The position numbers and the translations under genes are program-made. Shown here one piece after another: positions 32,087 to 41,801 of a stretch of DNA of 64,000 bases. The notes beneath the pieces are model-generated. The model did not search any database. It was not told the DNA's origin and worked only from the letters and a program-made list of their open reading frames with translations. Each line of letters starts with the position of its first letter. The first letter of the stretch is position 1. The DNA comes from an uncultured candidate division Zixibacteria bacterium (GTDB taxonomy: Bacteria; Zixibacteria; MSB-5A5; UBA10806; 4484-95), in assembly GCA_963668625.2 (NCBI GenBank), contig CAXXKA010000004.1, positions 1 to 64,000 of the forward strand, written 5' to 3'.

Positions 32087-33370
32087 TCAACCTTTTTTTA
32101 TCGGTTTGATCGTTTGACTGTTGCCGATCAGTGTATCTTTATCGATAGAATCAATATTAATGCTGATAAGTTTCCGCTTTAAATTATCTTCACCCATAAA
32201 TTCAACGCGGTGATAATTACCTGAAATACCGGCTAATTTACCCGCTCTATCCCTATCCTCCACGATGATATCGACTGTTTTTCCAACGAATAATGCGGCA
32301 TGTTGCCTTTTCTTTATCGTCCCCAACCGCCTGAGCTTGCGACTTCGGGAGGCTTTATCCTCCGGTGTTACCTTATTGGTCATCATTGAGGCCTCGGTGC
32401 CTGGTCTATCGGAATACGAGAAAACATGCAGGTGATGTACGGGTTTTTCTTTTACCAGTTTGTACGTGTTTTCGAAATTAGCTTCGGTTTCCCCCGGAAA
32501 TCCAATAATGATATCCGCGCCAATAGTTATCTCGGGACGAGCCTCTACCAGCTTTTGAGTTAAAAACGCGATCTCCGAGGATTTATATTTACGGCCCATC
32601 GCTTTTAGGATATCATCATCCCCCGATTGTATAGGTAGATGAACATGCGGACAAATACGAGGTTCCTCGCCGATCAGCTCGATCAATTCATCCTTGAACT
32701 CATTTGGCTTTAACGAGGACAAACGAATTCTCGGCATCGAGGTTTTAACCAGTATCTCTTTTAGAAGCCCGGTAAAATTAAGCCGTTTTTTGTACCTCCC
32801 GATATGCACGCCGGTAAGAACCACCTCATTATAGCCGTTCTCGTGCAGCGAGTTTATCTCATCAATGATAAGCTCCGGCTCGCGTGAACTCGGTCTTCCC
32901 CGCACTTTCCAGATTACGCAATAAGTGCATTTCTCGCGACAGCCCTCCTGTATTTTCAGGAAAGCCCGGCTGTGGCCGTTCATACGGGTGATAGGCGCGC
33001 TTTGCAATATACCATCAGCGGATTTCACGCCGAACTCATCGAGGACTATCTGCGGTATATCGGCTTTGCGGGAGTTACCCACTACAATCACGCCTTCGCC
33101 CAGCTCGCTTACTTTCTCCGGCTCTGATTCGGCATAGCAGCCGGTTACGATTACCTTAGCATTCGGGTTTTTACGAAGCGCGCGGCGAGCCATCTGGCGG
33201 GAGGTGTAGTCGGCCTTACCGGTGACAGTGCAAGTGTTGATAATATAGAGATCAGCTTTCTCGGTGAATTGAACGGTCTGGAAACCATAAGGCTCGAGAG
33301 TTTCCGCTATAGATTGTACCTCATATTGATTGAGTTTGCAGCCGACCGCGTTGAAAGCCGCTTTTAGCAT
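32087..33370 (-). CDS. mtaB: tRNA t6A37 methylthiotransferase
   Basis: GCKLNQYE, INTCTVT, radical SAM CxxxCxxC (GCREKCTYC), DIIIGFPGET, HVFSYSDRPGT. Confidence 0.9.
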   Translation of the reverse strand: MLKAAFNAVGCKLNQYEVQSIAETLEPYGFQTVQFTEKADLYIINTCTVTGKADYTSRQMARRALRKNPNAKVIVTGCYAESEPEKVSELGEGVIVVGNSRKADIPQIVLDEFGVKSADGILQSAPITRMNGHSRAFLKIQEGCREKCTYCVIWKVRGRPSSREPELIIDEINSLHENGYNEVVLTGVHIGRYKKRLNFTGLLKEILVKTSMPRIRLSSLKPNEFKDELIELIGEEPRICPHVHLPIQSGDDDILKAMGRKYKSSEIAFLTQKLVEARPEITIGADIIIGFPGETEANFENTYKLVKEKPVHHLHVFSYSDRPGTEASMMTNKVTPEDKASRSRKLRRLGTIKKRQHAALFVGKTVDIIVEDRDRAGKLAGISGNYHRVEFMGEDNLKRKLISINIDSIDKDTLIGNSQTIKPIKKG

Positions 33371-33641
33371 ATTAGCAGATCCTTATCATCCTCGTTACCA
33401 AGCAACGCTTTAGTCCCAATGGCTATTTTAGCCCCTCCACATTAATCAACCTCTATATATAAAGAGGCTCAATTCTAATTATAACCTAATGATAATTGCT
33501 GATACCAACCTGAAAGTCAAGCCATTTTAATCCTGTAATATATTTTACCCCAACGGGTTATTGGCTTAAATACCCATGATGTAAAGGATAAAAGTATACT
33601 GGCGCAAATCCTCTCATTCCCCTCAACCTCCATTTCCCCGG

Positions 33642-33730
33642 ATCCCGGATCAAGTCCGGGATGACAGGAATATTACTCGTTCTGAAACTCCGATTTAGGA
33701 ATGATTGTATTTGAGAAACTCAGTTTCTAT
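33642..33730. repeat. REP-like palindrome cluster (TGACA-ended hairpin plus degenerate CTCGTT hairpin)
   Basis: atcccgga-tcaag-tccgggat-gaca; ctcgttctgaaactccgatttaggaatga; gaaactcagtttc. Confidence 0.55.
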
Positions 33731-33894
33731 TTAGCATTTGAACTTCCTCAGGGAACAAAACGAAGCTTTTTTAATAAGCCAGGCTCTAAAACAATATACA
33801 AGGGACAGCCTCTCCTTGTATACCGCTTAACGAGATAGCCGATAAATTTGGCAAGTTGAGAGCTACACAGGGGCGTGCACCTCCCACAGGCTAG

Positions 33895-34914
33895 TTATAG
33901 CTTAATTGCATTGCGGGGCGAATATAGCTCCATCTTCGCCCGCCACCAGGCATCAAGACGGGGTATGGCAAAATATACGATGATAGCCAGCGTAAACCCG
34001 GCAATCAGGTCTATCACATAATGATGACGTAAATATACCGTGGCCAGTATCAGCCCGATATTGAACGGCAGGATAATCCAGAACGTGGTTTTCGTGAATC
34101 GCCAGGCAAATATCAGCGTGAGTAATGTTACCGCCGAATGCAGTGATGGAAATGCACAGCGCGAGTCGGCGGGTATCACCTGGAAAACACGGTTGGCCAT
34201 ATCGGCAATCATTGTACCATCAAAATTGAGTGTGAAATACTCTTTCAGCACTATTCGCGGCGGTGCAGCCGGGAATATCACATATAAGAGATAACCCGCG
34301 TAGAAACAGAGTATGATCGCAACGATCGTTGTCCTGAACTCTTTGCGCTTGCCTCGAAATAAAAGTACGCCGGCAACAAGCGGGGCAAACACGAAGAAAT
34401 TCATATAGCAGAACGAGAAAAACTCGGTCAACCAGGGATGGATAAACTGCTCGGCCCAGACACAGGGTTGACAGCCGAAAAGCCACTGGTCGATAGCGAT
34501 CAAGCTGTCGTGGATATCGTGAGGATTGGCGAAATGAACCGTATCGTGCAGATTGGTGTAAATCGCCAGACAATAGGCAAACGGCAGAACATCACGCCAG
34601 AAACTCCAGATTTTGGACTTACTCCGATAGCGAGCTACTATATATGATATAATGATAATAACTACTACAACAGCCCAGCGTTGAACATCCCCGCGAAATA
34701 CATTTGGCACATGCCCCTGGGATTTGAAAAAGAAATAGGCCTTGAAAGTCAGGTAAGTCATCGGGAAGAATGCGACTAAAGCGATAAACTCCTCCAGTCT
34801 GAACGAGAATATTATCTCCTTAATTCGCGTAAGGAAATCCTTATCCCCCGAATTGGTCTGGTTCTCCCCCGGCTTTATAGCCAAATCTTCTTGATCGAGT
34901 TTCTGCATGGGCAT
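33895..34914 (-). CDS. PAP2-superfamily membrane phosphotransferase (AUR1/IPC-synthase-like)
   Basis: FPAAPPR, AFPSLH, LRHHYVIDLIAG motifs; multiple TM segments. Confidence 0.85.
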   Translation of the reverse strand: MPMQKLDQEDLAIKPGENQTNSGDKDFLTRIKEIIFSFRLEEFIALVAFFPMTYLTFKAYFFFKSQGHVPNVFRGDVQRWAVVVVIIIISYIVARYRSKSKIWSFWRDVLPFAYCLAIYTNLHDTVHFANPHDIHDSLIAIDQWLFGCQPCVWAEQFIHPWLTEFFSFCYMNFFVFAPLVAGVLLFRGKRKEFRTTIVAIILCFYAGYLLYVIFPAAPPRIVLKEYFTLNFDGTMIADMANRVFQVIPADSRCAFPSLHSAVTLLTLIFAWRFTKTTFWIILPFNIGLILATVYLRHHYVIDLIAGFTLAIIVYFAIPRLDAWWRAKMELYSPRNAIKL

Positions 34915-35043
34915 GTATATAATTATATAAGTGATGATTGTAAAGCATATTGTTGTGAGGTGATGCGATTGTTACGCCGATTATAGCCGGAGGCCGGCAA
35001 ACATAACAGTCCTGCCCCCGCCGGTGGTGGTTGGATGTGTTGA

Positions 35044-35383
35044 GGTACCTCACCAGAAGGGTGAGTAGTTTTTGCACCCCTCATTACGAAGCGCCGCTTC
35101 GTAATGCCGATTATTTGCGCAATGCAGTTTCACTGCCAGCGCAGGCAGGATTCCAAAGCAGCGCTTCGGAATCAGTTAGTGTGTGCAGCGTTTTGGAATC
35201 AGTTAGTGTGTGCAGCGTTTTGGAACCATAGGGTTGAACAGTCCTGCCCCCGCCCCGTGGTTGATGGGAGGTAGTACCTCACCAGCAAGGTGAGTAGTTT
35301 TTGCAGGCTGGTTAACCAATCATGAATGGCAGCGAGGCCTGCATGCTTACCCACCTCAGACTTCGCCATGAAATGGGGCACCC
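35044..35383. repeat. Composite direct repeat, copy 1 (340 bp; contains a REP doublet)
   Basis: Near-identical to 36949..37261, plus a 27-bp tandem duplication ggaatcagttagtgtgtgcagcgtttt. Confidence 0.92.
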
Positions 35384-35394
35384 ATGTTGATTGG

Positions 35395-36849
35395 CTACTT
35401 CAATATAACCATCCTGCGGGACTGACTCACATCCCCGGCTGTAAGCCGGTAGAAGTACACACCCGAGGGCAACTCCCCGGCATCGAATACGACCCGGTTC
35501 TCCCCCGCCGTCCTATGGCCATTGACCAGCGAACGCACACGGCGACCGAGTATATCGTATATATCGAGATGTACCTCGGAGGCTTCAGGGAGAGTGAATG
35601 TTATTACTGTGGATTGGTTGAATGGGTTGGGGTAAGCTGTGATTTCTAGTTTTGCCGGTAAATATATTTCCTCATCATCTATCGATGTCGTATCTGGCGT
35701 GAAACGTTTGTAATAAATATCATTATAACCATAAACCCTTTCATCACGCCATACATTATGAATCTTACCTTGATCATAAGATATCCAGGGATCTAAAGAA
35801 TTATATGGTGCATTCGTTAAGCGAATCTCTCCCTGCCATGATTCGCCAATGTTATCACTTCTATTATAAAATATCTCATGCCCACCCTCATCATTATATT
35901 TCCTATCCGACCAGGTAGCTATCAGCGTATCTCCCGTAAAACCAATAGATGGCGACCAGGCGGTATGGTCGTATGAGGCCTGTACCTCTCGAGGCCAGGT
36001 TAAGCCGCCATCATCTGAAATTGAAACGAAGATATCACCATGAAAAGCATATTCCTGATATCTGAAATCATTATACCCAACTGCAAACTGACCTGTCTCC
36101 TCGTTACAGGCTACGCAGGGATTTTGCGCCATTGGTTCATGTTCAGGAGATATCCAGATCATTTCTGACCAGCTTTGACCACCATTATCACTATGAAATC
36201 CAACTATATGATAACCAGTATGCAAACTATCTACGAATCCTGATTTAAGCAGAAGTAAGCTAAATCCGCACTGAGTGAGAATCATATCCTGTTGCGTTGA
36301 AAAACCATAACCCATAGTAACTTCATCATTCCATGTTTCGCCATAATCATATGAGGAGAAAAACCGAATAGGATCTCCTCCTGTAGAATCAGCGCGATGA
36401 GACCAATAAGATATAAAGATTAAGTCTCCCCAAACACAAGAAGCTGGTTTGTCAAAATGCCCAATATTATCTGTAGGTAGATATCTTGGCTCGCTCCACT
36501 CCGAGCCATCTTCAGATAAAGTATAGCCGATTCTGAATGGTCCCGAATCTCTATCTTTCCATGTGACCAGTAGACCGTTTTCACCTAAAGATAAATCCTG
36601 ATCCGTTGCTATATGCTCTTCCTCAGAGATATTTATCAAACTATTCCACGTTTCCCCGTTATCTGTACTGCGTATATATGAAACATAATTAGGGCTGTTT
36701 CTCCAAATGACATGAATTGTATCATTACGTGCTACTACTTGAGGACCATATTCCTCACCGCGGTAGGTAAGGCGTATATCCTCCGACCAGCCGGCCAAAG
36801 AGATCGTTGAGCATATTATTATAACGAAACAAACAATTCTATGTATCAT
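35395..36849 (-). CDS. Secreted BNR/Asp-box beta-propeller (sialidase-like) protein with T9SS-like C-terminal domain
   Basis: Signal peptide; Asp-boxes STDNGETW, SYDYGETW, SDNGGQSW, SDDGGLTW, SDNIGESW; YPNPFN...IYDILGR...SGVYFY...ILK tail. Confidence 0.88.
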   Translation of the reverse strand: MIHRIVCFVIIICSTISLAGWSEDIRLTYRGEEYGPQVVARNDTIHVIWRNSPNYVSYIRSTDNGETWNSLINISEEEHIATDQDLSLGENGLLVTWKDRDSGPFRIGYTLSEDGSEWSEPRYLPTDNIGHFDKPASCVWGDLIFISYWSHRADSTGGDPIRFFSSYDYGETWNDEVTMGYGFSTQQDMILTQCGFSLLLLKSGFVDSLHTGYHIVGFHSDNGGQSWSEMIWISPEHEPMAQNPCVACNEETGQFAVGYNDFRYQEYAFHGDIFVSISDDGGLTWPREVQASYDHTAWSPSIGFTGDTLIATWSDRKYNDEGGHEIFYNRSDNIGESWQGEIRLTNAPYNSLDPWISYDQGKIHNVWRDERVYGYNDIYYKRFTPDTTSIDDEEIYLPAKLEITAYPNPFNQSTVITFTLPEASEVHLDIYDILGRRVRSLVNGHRTAGENRVVFDAGELPSGVYFYRLTAGDVSQSRRMVILK

Positions 36850-36948
36850 AAATAGCCAGTATGATTATCATACCAAAACTTTCATTATCTGTTGTTTAAA
36901 ATAATCAGGAAACACATAAATGTCAAGTTGATTGTCTCTATTACACCC

Positions 36949-37261
36949 GGTACCTCACCAGAAGGGTGAGTAGTTTCTTCACCCCTCATTACGAAGCGCC
37001 GCTTCGTAATGCCGATTATTTGCGCAATGCAGTTTCACTGCCAGCGCAGGCAGGATTCCAAAGCAGCGCTTCGGAATCAGTTAGTGTGTGCAGCGTTTTG
37101 GAACCATAGGGTTGAACAGTCCTGCCCCCGCCCCGTGGTTGATGGGAGGTGGTACCTCACCAGCAAGGTGAGTAGTTTTTGCAGGCTGATTAGCCAATCA
37201 TGAATGGCAGCGAGACCTGCATGCTTACCCACCTCAGACTTCGCCATGAAATGGGGCACCC
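36949..37261. repeat. Composite direct repeat, copy 2 (313 bp)
   Basis: Matches 35044..35383 with only a few substitutions. Confidence 0.92.
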
Positions 37262-37428
37262 TGACTCTTCTACCCCCCTTCTCCCCATTCTGATACAATT
37301 CAAATATTACCCATCATATTTAACCCATTGACAAATATAGAATTTAAACTATTTTGTATCTGGATGGTAAAGTTTACGTATAGTAACTATGATGTCTATA
37401 AATATTAACCATAAGCAGGAGTTGATTT

Positions 37429-39147
37429 ATGCGAACTATGGTTGTTAAAGTTTTTGTGATGATAACCGCCACCTTATTAATATGTAGTTCGGCGCTGGCC
37501 CAGTGGCCGACAGATCCCGATTCGAACATGGTGATCTGCAATCACTCGGGCGAGCAGGCGATACCGAAAGTGGCGCCTACCTCCGATGGCGGCTGCTATA
37601 TCTGCTGGTACGATCATGAGTCGGGCAACTACGATATGTACCTTCAGAGACTAAACGCCTACGGCGAGATTCAATGGACAGAGAACGGCATGCTGGTAAG
37701 CGATAATCCCCAGGCCACCTGGCTGACAGATTACGAGATGACAGTCGACCACGATGATAACGCGATTATAGCGTTCAACGATACCAGGGCCGGCGATGAC
37801 TGGGATATTTACGCTTACAAAATCAGCCCCGAGGGCGAGTTCCTCTGGGGTGAGGACGGCCTGACCGTTTCCGATAACGATGGATTCGAACCCTACCCGC
37901 AGGTGTGTGTCACCACGGGCGGCAATATCGTCATAGCCTGGCAAGAGGAAAGCACGATTCACATACGCAAGTTCGATCCAGACGGTAACGACTACTGGTC
38001 CTCGCCCTCCGTAATCGATATTACCAGCGAGTACGGTATGTCTATCCCCCGTCTGGCGCCGGCCGAGAATGATGGAGTTATCCTTCAAGCGCTGGATAAA
38101 ACCGGCCCGAATTACTGGGATACCAACTATATCTACCTGTATAAATTCTCCGAATATGGCGAGGCGATATGGGGCGAAGGTTTATTAGTCAGTGATGCCG
38201 GCGGTATCGGTATTCAGATGTTCCCCGAGGTGTGTAGTGACGGTCTGGGCGGCGCGATCTCGTTCTGGTACGATTCGCGTATATCCAATCAGCTTCACGC
38301 CTACGCCGAGCATTTCAACGCTGATGGTGATCCGCTCTGGGCGGAGGATGGTTTGATGCTTTCATCCAATCCCTCCCAGTTCCAGATGAATCCCTCGGTG
38401 ACTTATTTCCCCGAATCGGGCAATGTGATGGCGTTCTACAAAACCACCAACTCGTTACAATCGCTAAGCGGTATCGGCGGCCAGTTGATCAGCGGATTCG
38501 GTGAACGTCTGTGGGGTGATAGCGGCGTCGATATCCTTCCCCTGGCAGATAAAGGCCGTTATTCCACTAATGTGTTCACTTTCGAAAACGATGCTATAGT
38601 GGTGTGTTTCGACTCTCCCGACGGCGATGTGGTCAATAACTATGTCGATGCCATGCGTATCAACGTGGATGGCGAGCATGTATGGGATGAGTCCCCGTTG
38701 ATGATAAGCTCTTTAAGCAGCGACAAAGTTCACCTATTTGCGGCCATGACAGTCAACAACCAGGTATTAGCATCCTGGGAGGATGGCAGAAACGGTAACA
38801 CTGATATCTACTTGCAGAATGTAAATCCCGATGGTACCCTGGGGCAGTATATAACCGGTATTGAGGAAGCGGTTAATCTTCCCCAAAACACCGGACTCAA
38901 TATGGCTTACCCGAATCCGTTTAACGCCTCTACCACGATTAGTTATAGCCTCGAATATGCTGCGAATGTCAGCCTGGAGATTTACGACATACTCGGCAGA
39001 AAAGTGGAAACTCTGGTAAACGGCAATCAACAGGCCGGGAATTACCAGTTAAACTGGAAAGCTGATCAAATCAGTACCGGTATTTATTTCGCCAGGATGG
39101 TAACCGATGGTCAGTCCTCGATGAAGAAACTGGTGTTATTGAAATAG
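37429..39147 (+). CDS. Secreted repeat beta-propeller-like protein with T9SS-like C-terminal domain
   Basis: Signal peptide; repeated D.Y.Q....G...WG..G units; YPNPFN...IYDILGRKV...GIYF...LLK; AGGAG RBS. Confidence 0.88.
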   Translation: MRTMVVKVFVMITATLLICSSALAQWPTDPDSNMVICNHSGEQAIPKVAPTSDGGCYICWYDHESGNYDMYLQRLNAYGEIQWTENGMLVSDNPQATWLTDYEMTVDHDDNAIIAFNDTRAGDDWDIYAYKISPEGEFLWGEDGLTVSDNDGFEPYPQVCVTTGGNIVIAWQEESTIHIRKFDPDGNDYWSSPSVIDITSEYGMSIPRLAPAENDGVILQALDKTGPNYWDTNYIYLYKFSEYGEAIWGEGLLVSDAGGIGIQMFPEVCSDGLGGAISFWYDSRISNQLHAYAEHFNADGDPLWAEDGLMLSSNPSQFQMNPSVTYFPESGNVMAFYKTTNSLQSLSGIGGQLISGFGERLWGDSGVDILPLADKGRYSTNVFTFENDAIVVCFDSPDGDVVNNYVDAMRINVDGEHVWDESPLMISSLSSDKVHLFAAMTVNNQVLASWEDGRNGNTDIYLQNVNPDGTLGQYITGIEEAVNLPQNTGLNMAYPNPFNASTTISYSLEYAANVSLEIYDILGRKVETLVNGNQQAGNYQLNWKADQISTGIYFARMVTDGQSSMKKLVLLK

Positions 39148-39226
39148 AAATTCAGCGATTGGTAGATATCCTCGTTTGCTGCCTGCCGCTACTTATGCCA
39201 GCAATGATATGACGGTCACACGAGGA

Positions 39227-39344
39227 GAAGCTGTCCCAAAAGACACGTGGTTGGAGTACGTCCTCGTGTGGTCTGCCTGCTAATAAAACCTGGCGGACGA
39301 GGAAGTCCGCCGGCCACGGCAACCATACTTTTAGGATAGACCTC
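39227..39344. mobile_element. MITE-like element with terminal inverted repeats and AGGA target duplication
   Basis: Ends GAAGCTGTCCCAAAAG / rc GAGGTCTATCCTAAAAG; AGGA at 39223..39226 and 39345..39348; internal hairpin ggcggac-gaggaa-gtccgcc. Confidence 0.65.
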
Positions 39345-39376
39345 AGGACATGTACCGCGCAAATAAATACACTTTA

Positions 39377-39415
39377 AGAGGTCGAGCATTCTTGCCCGAC
39401 CTCTTTTTCTTTTTA
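39377..39415 (+). terminator. Intrinsic terminator
   Basis: aagaggtcg...cgacctctt stem followed by T-tracts. Confidence 0.65.
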
Positions 39416-39676
39416 TTTTGATGAGTTCAGAGGCTAGCCGACAACCTGTTCAACCTGCAGATAATATATAGGTAAAGCTCGAATAGTGGCTTGAATGTAT
39501 GATTCTAGTTGCTGGCGGTCGTACCTGTCATTCAGTTTATATTAGCCGGCATACCAGTTGGATCACTAGGATATTCTCTAATCACGAGGATTTTAAGACA
39601 GTATACTTGCCGGGCCTCTGCGGTAAACCTACAGAACTTATAAAAGCGTAGTTTAGGTATCAGAGATTTTATACTA

Positions 39677-39856
39677 TTACGAATAAACGTTAGAGCTATA
39701 ATCTTTCAATCTCTGCTTGAGCAATTCGAAGAAAGGTTTTTTCAGAAGATATGCTTTGCCCTGTTTGGAATTAGCGCACATCGAAACCTGCTTGAAATTC
39801 CAAACAGCGTTATCGGCTTTTTTAACGATCAGCTCGATTTCCCGAGATTTTTTCAT
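39677..39856 (-). CDS. Small hypothetical protein
   Basis: GGGGGA upstream of MKKSREIEL; TTGACA-like element upstream. Confidence 0.45.
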   Translation of the reverse strand: MKKSREIELIVKKADNAVWNFKQVSMCANSKQGKAYLLKKPFFELLKQRLKDYSSNVYS

Positions 39857-39972
39857 GTGTCCCCCATTGAATAGGGCGTACCAATAATCTATTGACATCA
39901 CCCTGTTTAATGGGTTTTACATCAAAAGTATTTTAATTGTCAAGTAATATATTCAATATATTAACACATCTT

Positions 39973-40335
39973 TCAAGCGTTAAACAAACGGCTGGCATCA
40001 ACATAGATTTGATATTTATCGATTTTGCCGTTATTGATTAAGAAATAGTTCGTAAACGGAACGCTTAAATTCGAGCCATCCAATCTAGTATATATAACAT
40101 TACCCCGGCAGAATACATGTTCATCCTTTTCAATAATCATATGCAGCTTATGATTGAGAGATTTTATCGCGCTAAAGAAACCCGCCACGTACTCCCTGAT
40201 CGGCTCGACTCCCTTTACCTCCTCGGCGTTGCCGAATATGAACGAGGAGTCATCAGTTAAATATGTGACGAACTTATCGGCATCTTTGCTATCTATAGCC
40301 TCGAATAATTGTTTTAACATTTCCACGTTGTTCAT
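39973..40335 (-). CDS. SnoaL-like / NTF2-family protein
   Basis: F.AID.KD...F...LTDD..F.FGN...V.G...I...YQIYVD pattern; AGGAG RBS. Confidence 0.85.
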   Translation of the reverse strand: MNNVEMLKQLFEAIDSKDADKFVTYLTDDSSFIFGNAEEVKGVEPIREYVAGFFSAIKSLNHKLHMIIEKDEHVFCRGNVIYTRLDGSNLSVPFTNYFLINNGKIDKYQIYVDASRLFNA

Positions 40336-40342
40336 TCGTACT

Positions 40343-41645
40343 CCTATGATAAAAGTCTACTCCAAATTTCAGTTATCTGTTTGCTAACACAAAGTTAGGG
40401 AAATCTTCAAACACCCAATTATTTTTCAAGGTGTCATAGATTATTCCCAGTAATTTTCTGGCTGTGGCAATGATAGCCTTACCGCTGCCACGACGGTTTT
40501 TTATACGATTGTAATATTTACTCAAGTAATGGTTATATCGTATGGCAACAAGCGTACACTGCACCAGTGTAGTCCGACCAATCTTAGAACCACGCTTGGT
40601 AATCCGACCATGATGCTGAATCTCGTTTGAATTGGAAACTCGCGGCACTACGCCAAAATATGAGGCCAATTTATCTTTGTCCGAAAAATCAGCAACATCA
40701 CCAATTACCGAAAGCAACACTGTAGCTGATTTGCTGCCGATTCCTTTGATGCTGGTCAGGTTCTTATGCCCGTTCAACTTGCGACCCTGATCCTCTATCT
40801 GTTTGTCCAGCTTTTTTATCCCCTCATTCAAACTGCGAATCTGATCAACCAATACCTCAAGCTCAACAGAAACAACCTCATCAAAATTCATCTTTAGAAC
40901 CCGCTCCAAACTCTTGTTGCTGGAGTAGGCCTCCTTTTTACTCTTGATACCATGATGATTGAGTATGTTGTGTATTTTATTCTTCAAAGCTGTACGTAAC
41001 TTGACCAGCTTGTCCCGTGTCCCAACAAGTGAACTGATCTGCGCTTTATCTTTCGTCTTTAATCGGGCTTTCGGCAACATGTCTTTGCTCATAAAATAGG
41101 CTAAGTTCCTGGCATCGTTTTCATCCGTCTTACTGACTGATGATTTGATTATCTCAAATTTGTTCGGATCGACGACAACAACTCGCTTGACCAAATGCGA
41201 TATCTCATCAACGAAATAACGAGTGTTGCCAGTGGCCTCAACCGCTACACAATCCGTCTTTTTTAATCCTCGTTTAAATTCCTTTAGATCCTTTAGCCGA
41301 TACTCCTTGATCCTCTCCCGACCACCGGCTGTCAGGCAACACACGGTCAAACTGTTTGTGTGAAGGTCTACTCCTAAGTACCTCATCTTCTTGCTCCATT
41401 CTATGGTTATCACTGGAGCAGACTCTCTGTCGGCGCCTACCAAACTCCTATTCAAGGTCTTTGCCTTATGGTGGCAATTCGGTTACAGGTCTGATTAATC
41501 TCCTTTACGAGGTCTGGCCTCAAGCATTCAGTTCAGCCTATAACCTATCCGCTCCAGTTAGAAATTCATTACCGAAGCTCTAACACCAACAGAATAGATT
41601 AGCAAGATGCTTTTATCGTACCATCTCCTTTTTTATCAGATAATT
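40343..41645 (-). mobile_element. IS110-family element A (ends approximate)
   Basis: Transposase with a long upstream non-coding region; short subterminal inverted repeat TGATAAAA (40347..40354) / TTTTATCA (41631..41638). Confidence 0.75.
40373..41386 (-). CDS. IS110-family transposase/recombinase
   Basis: DEDD RuvC-like domain YLGVDLH, VEATG, KTDENDA; SIKGIG, GVVP..SNS, GRITKRG, ATARKL. Confidence 0.95.
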   Translation of the reverse strand: MRYLGVDLHTNSLTVCCLTAGGRERIKEYRLKDLKEFKRGLKKTDCVAVEATGNTRYFVDEISHLVKRVVVVDPNKFEIIKSSVSKTDENDARNLAYFMSKDMLPKARLKTKDKAQISSLVGTRDKLVKLRTALKNKIHNILNHHGIKSKKEAYSSNKSLERVLKMNFDEVVSVELEVLVDQIRSLNEGIKKLDKQIEDQGRKLNGHKNLTSIKGIGSKSATVLLSVIGDVADFSDKDKLASYFGVVPRVSNSNEIQHHGRITKRGSKIGRTTLVQCTLVAIRYNHYLSKYYNRIKNRRGSGKAIIATARKLLGIIYDTLKNNWVFEDFPNFVLANR

Positions 41646-41801
41646 ATAATTGATTTAACCAGGATTGAGTTCCCGAAATGGTATATCTCTTTGGTTGAAT
41701 ATTATCAATAAAAAACTATTCTATAATGTAACACCGGCGGCTATAATCCGTATTTCAAAAGGTACGAAAATAGTTATCATGGTTTGGGAAAGGAAATTAT
41801 T

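Noticed and set aside
5726-33137. Many 60-200 aa ORFs overlapping the ABC, signalling, nuo and mtaB genes
   Set aside because: Antisense or out-of-frame shadows of well-supported genes
34841-37298. Short ORFs 34841..35077, 35031..35231, 35199..35381, 37009..37203 and 37077..37298
   Set aside because: They are translations of the non-coding direct repeats
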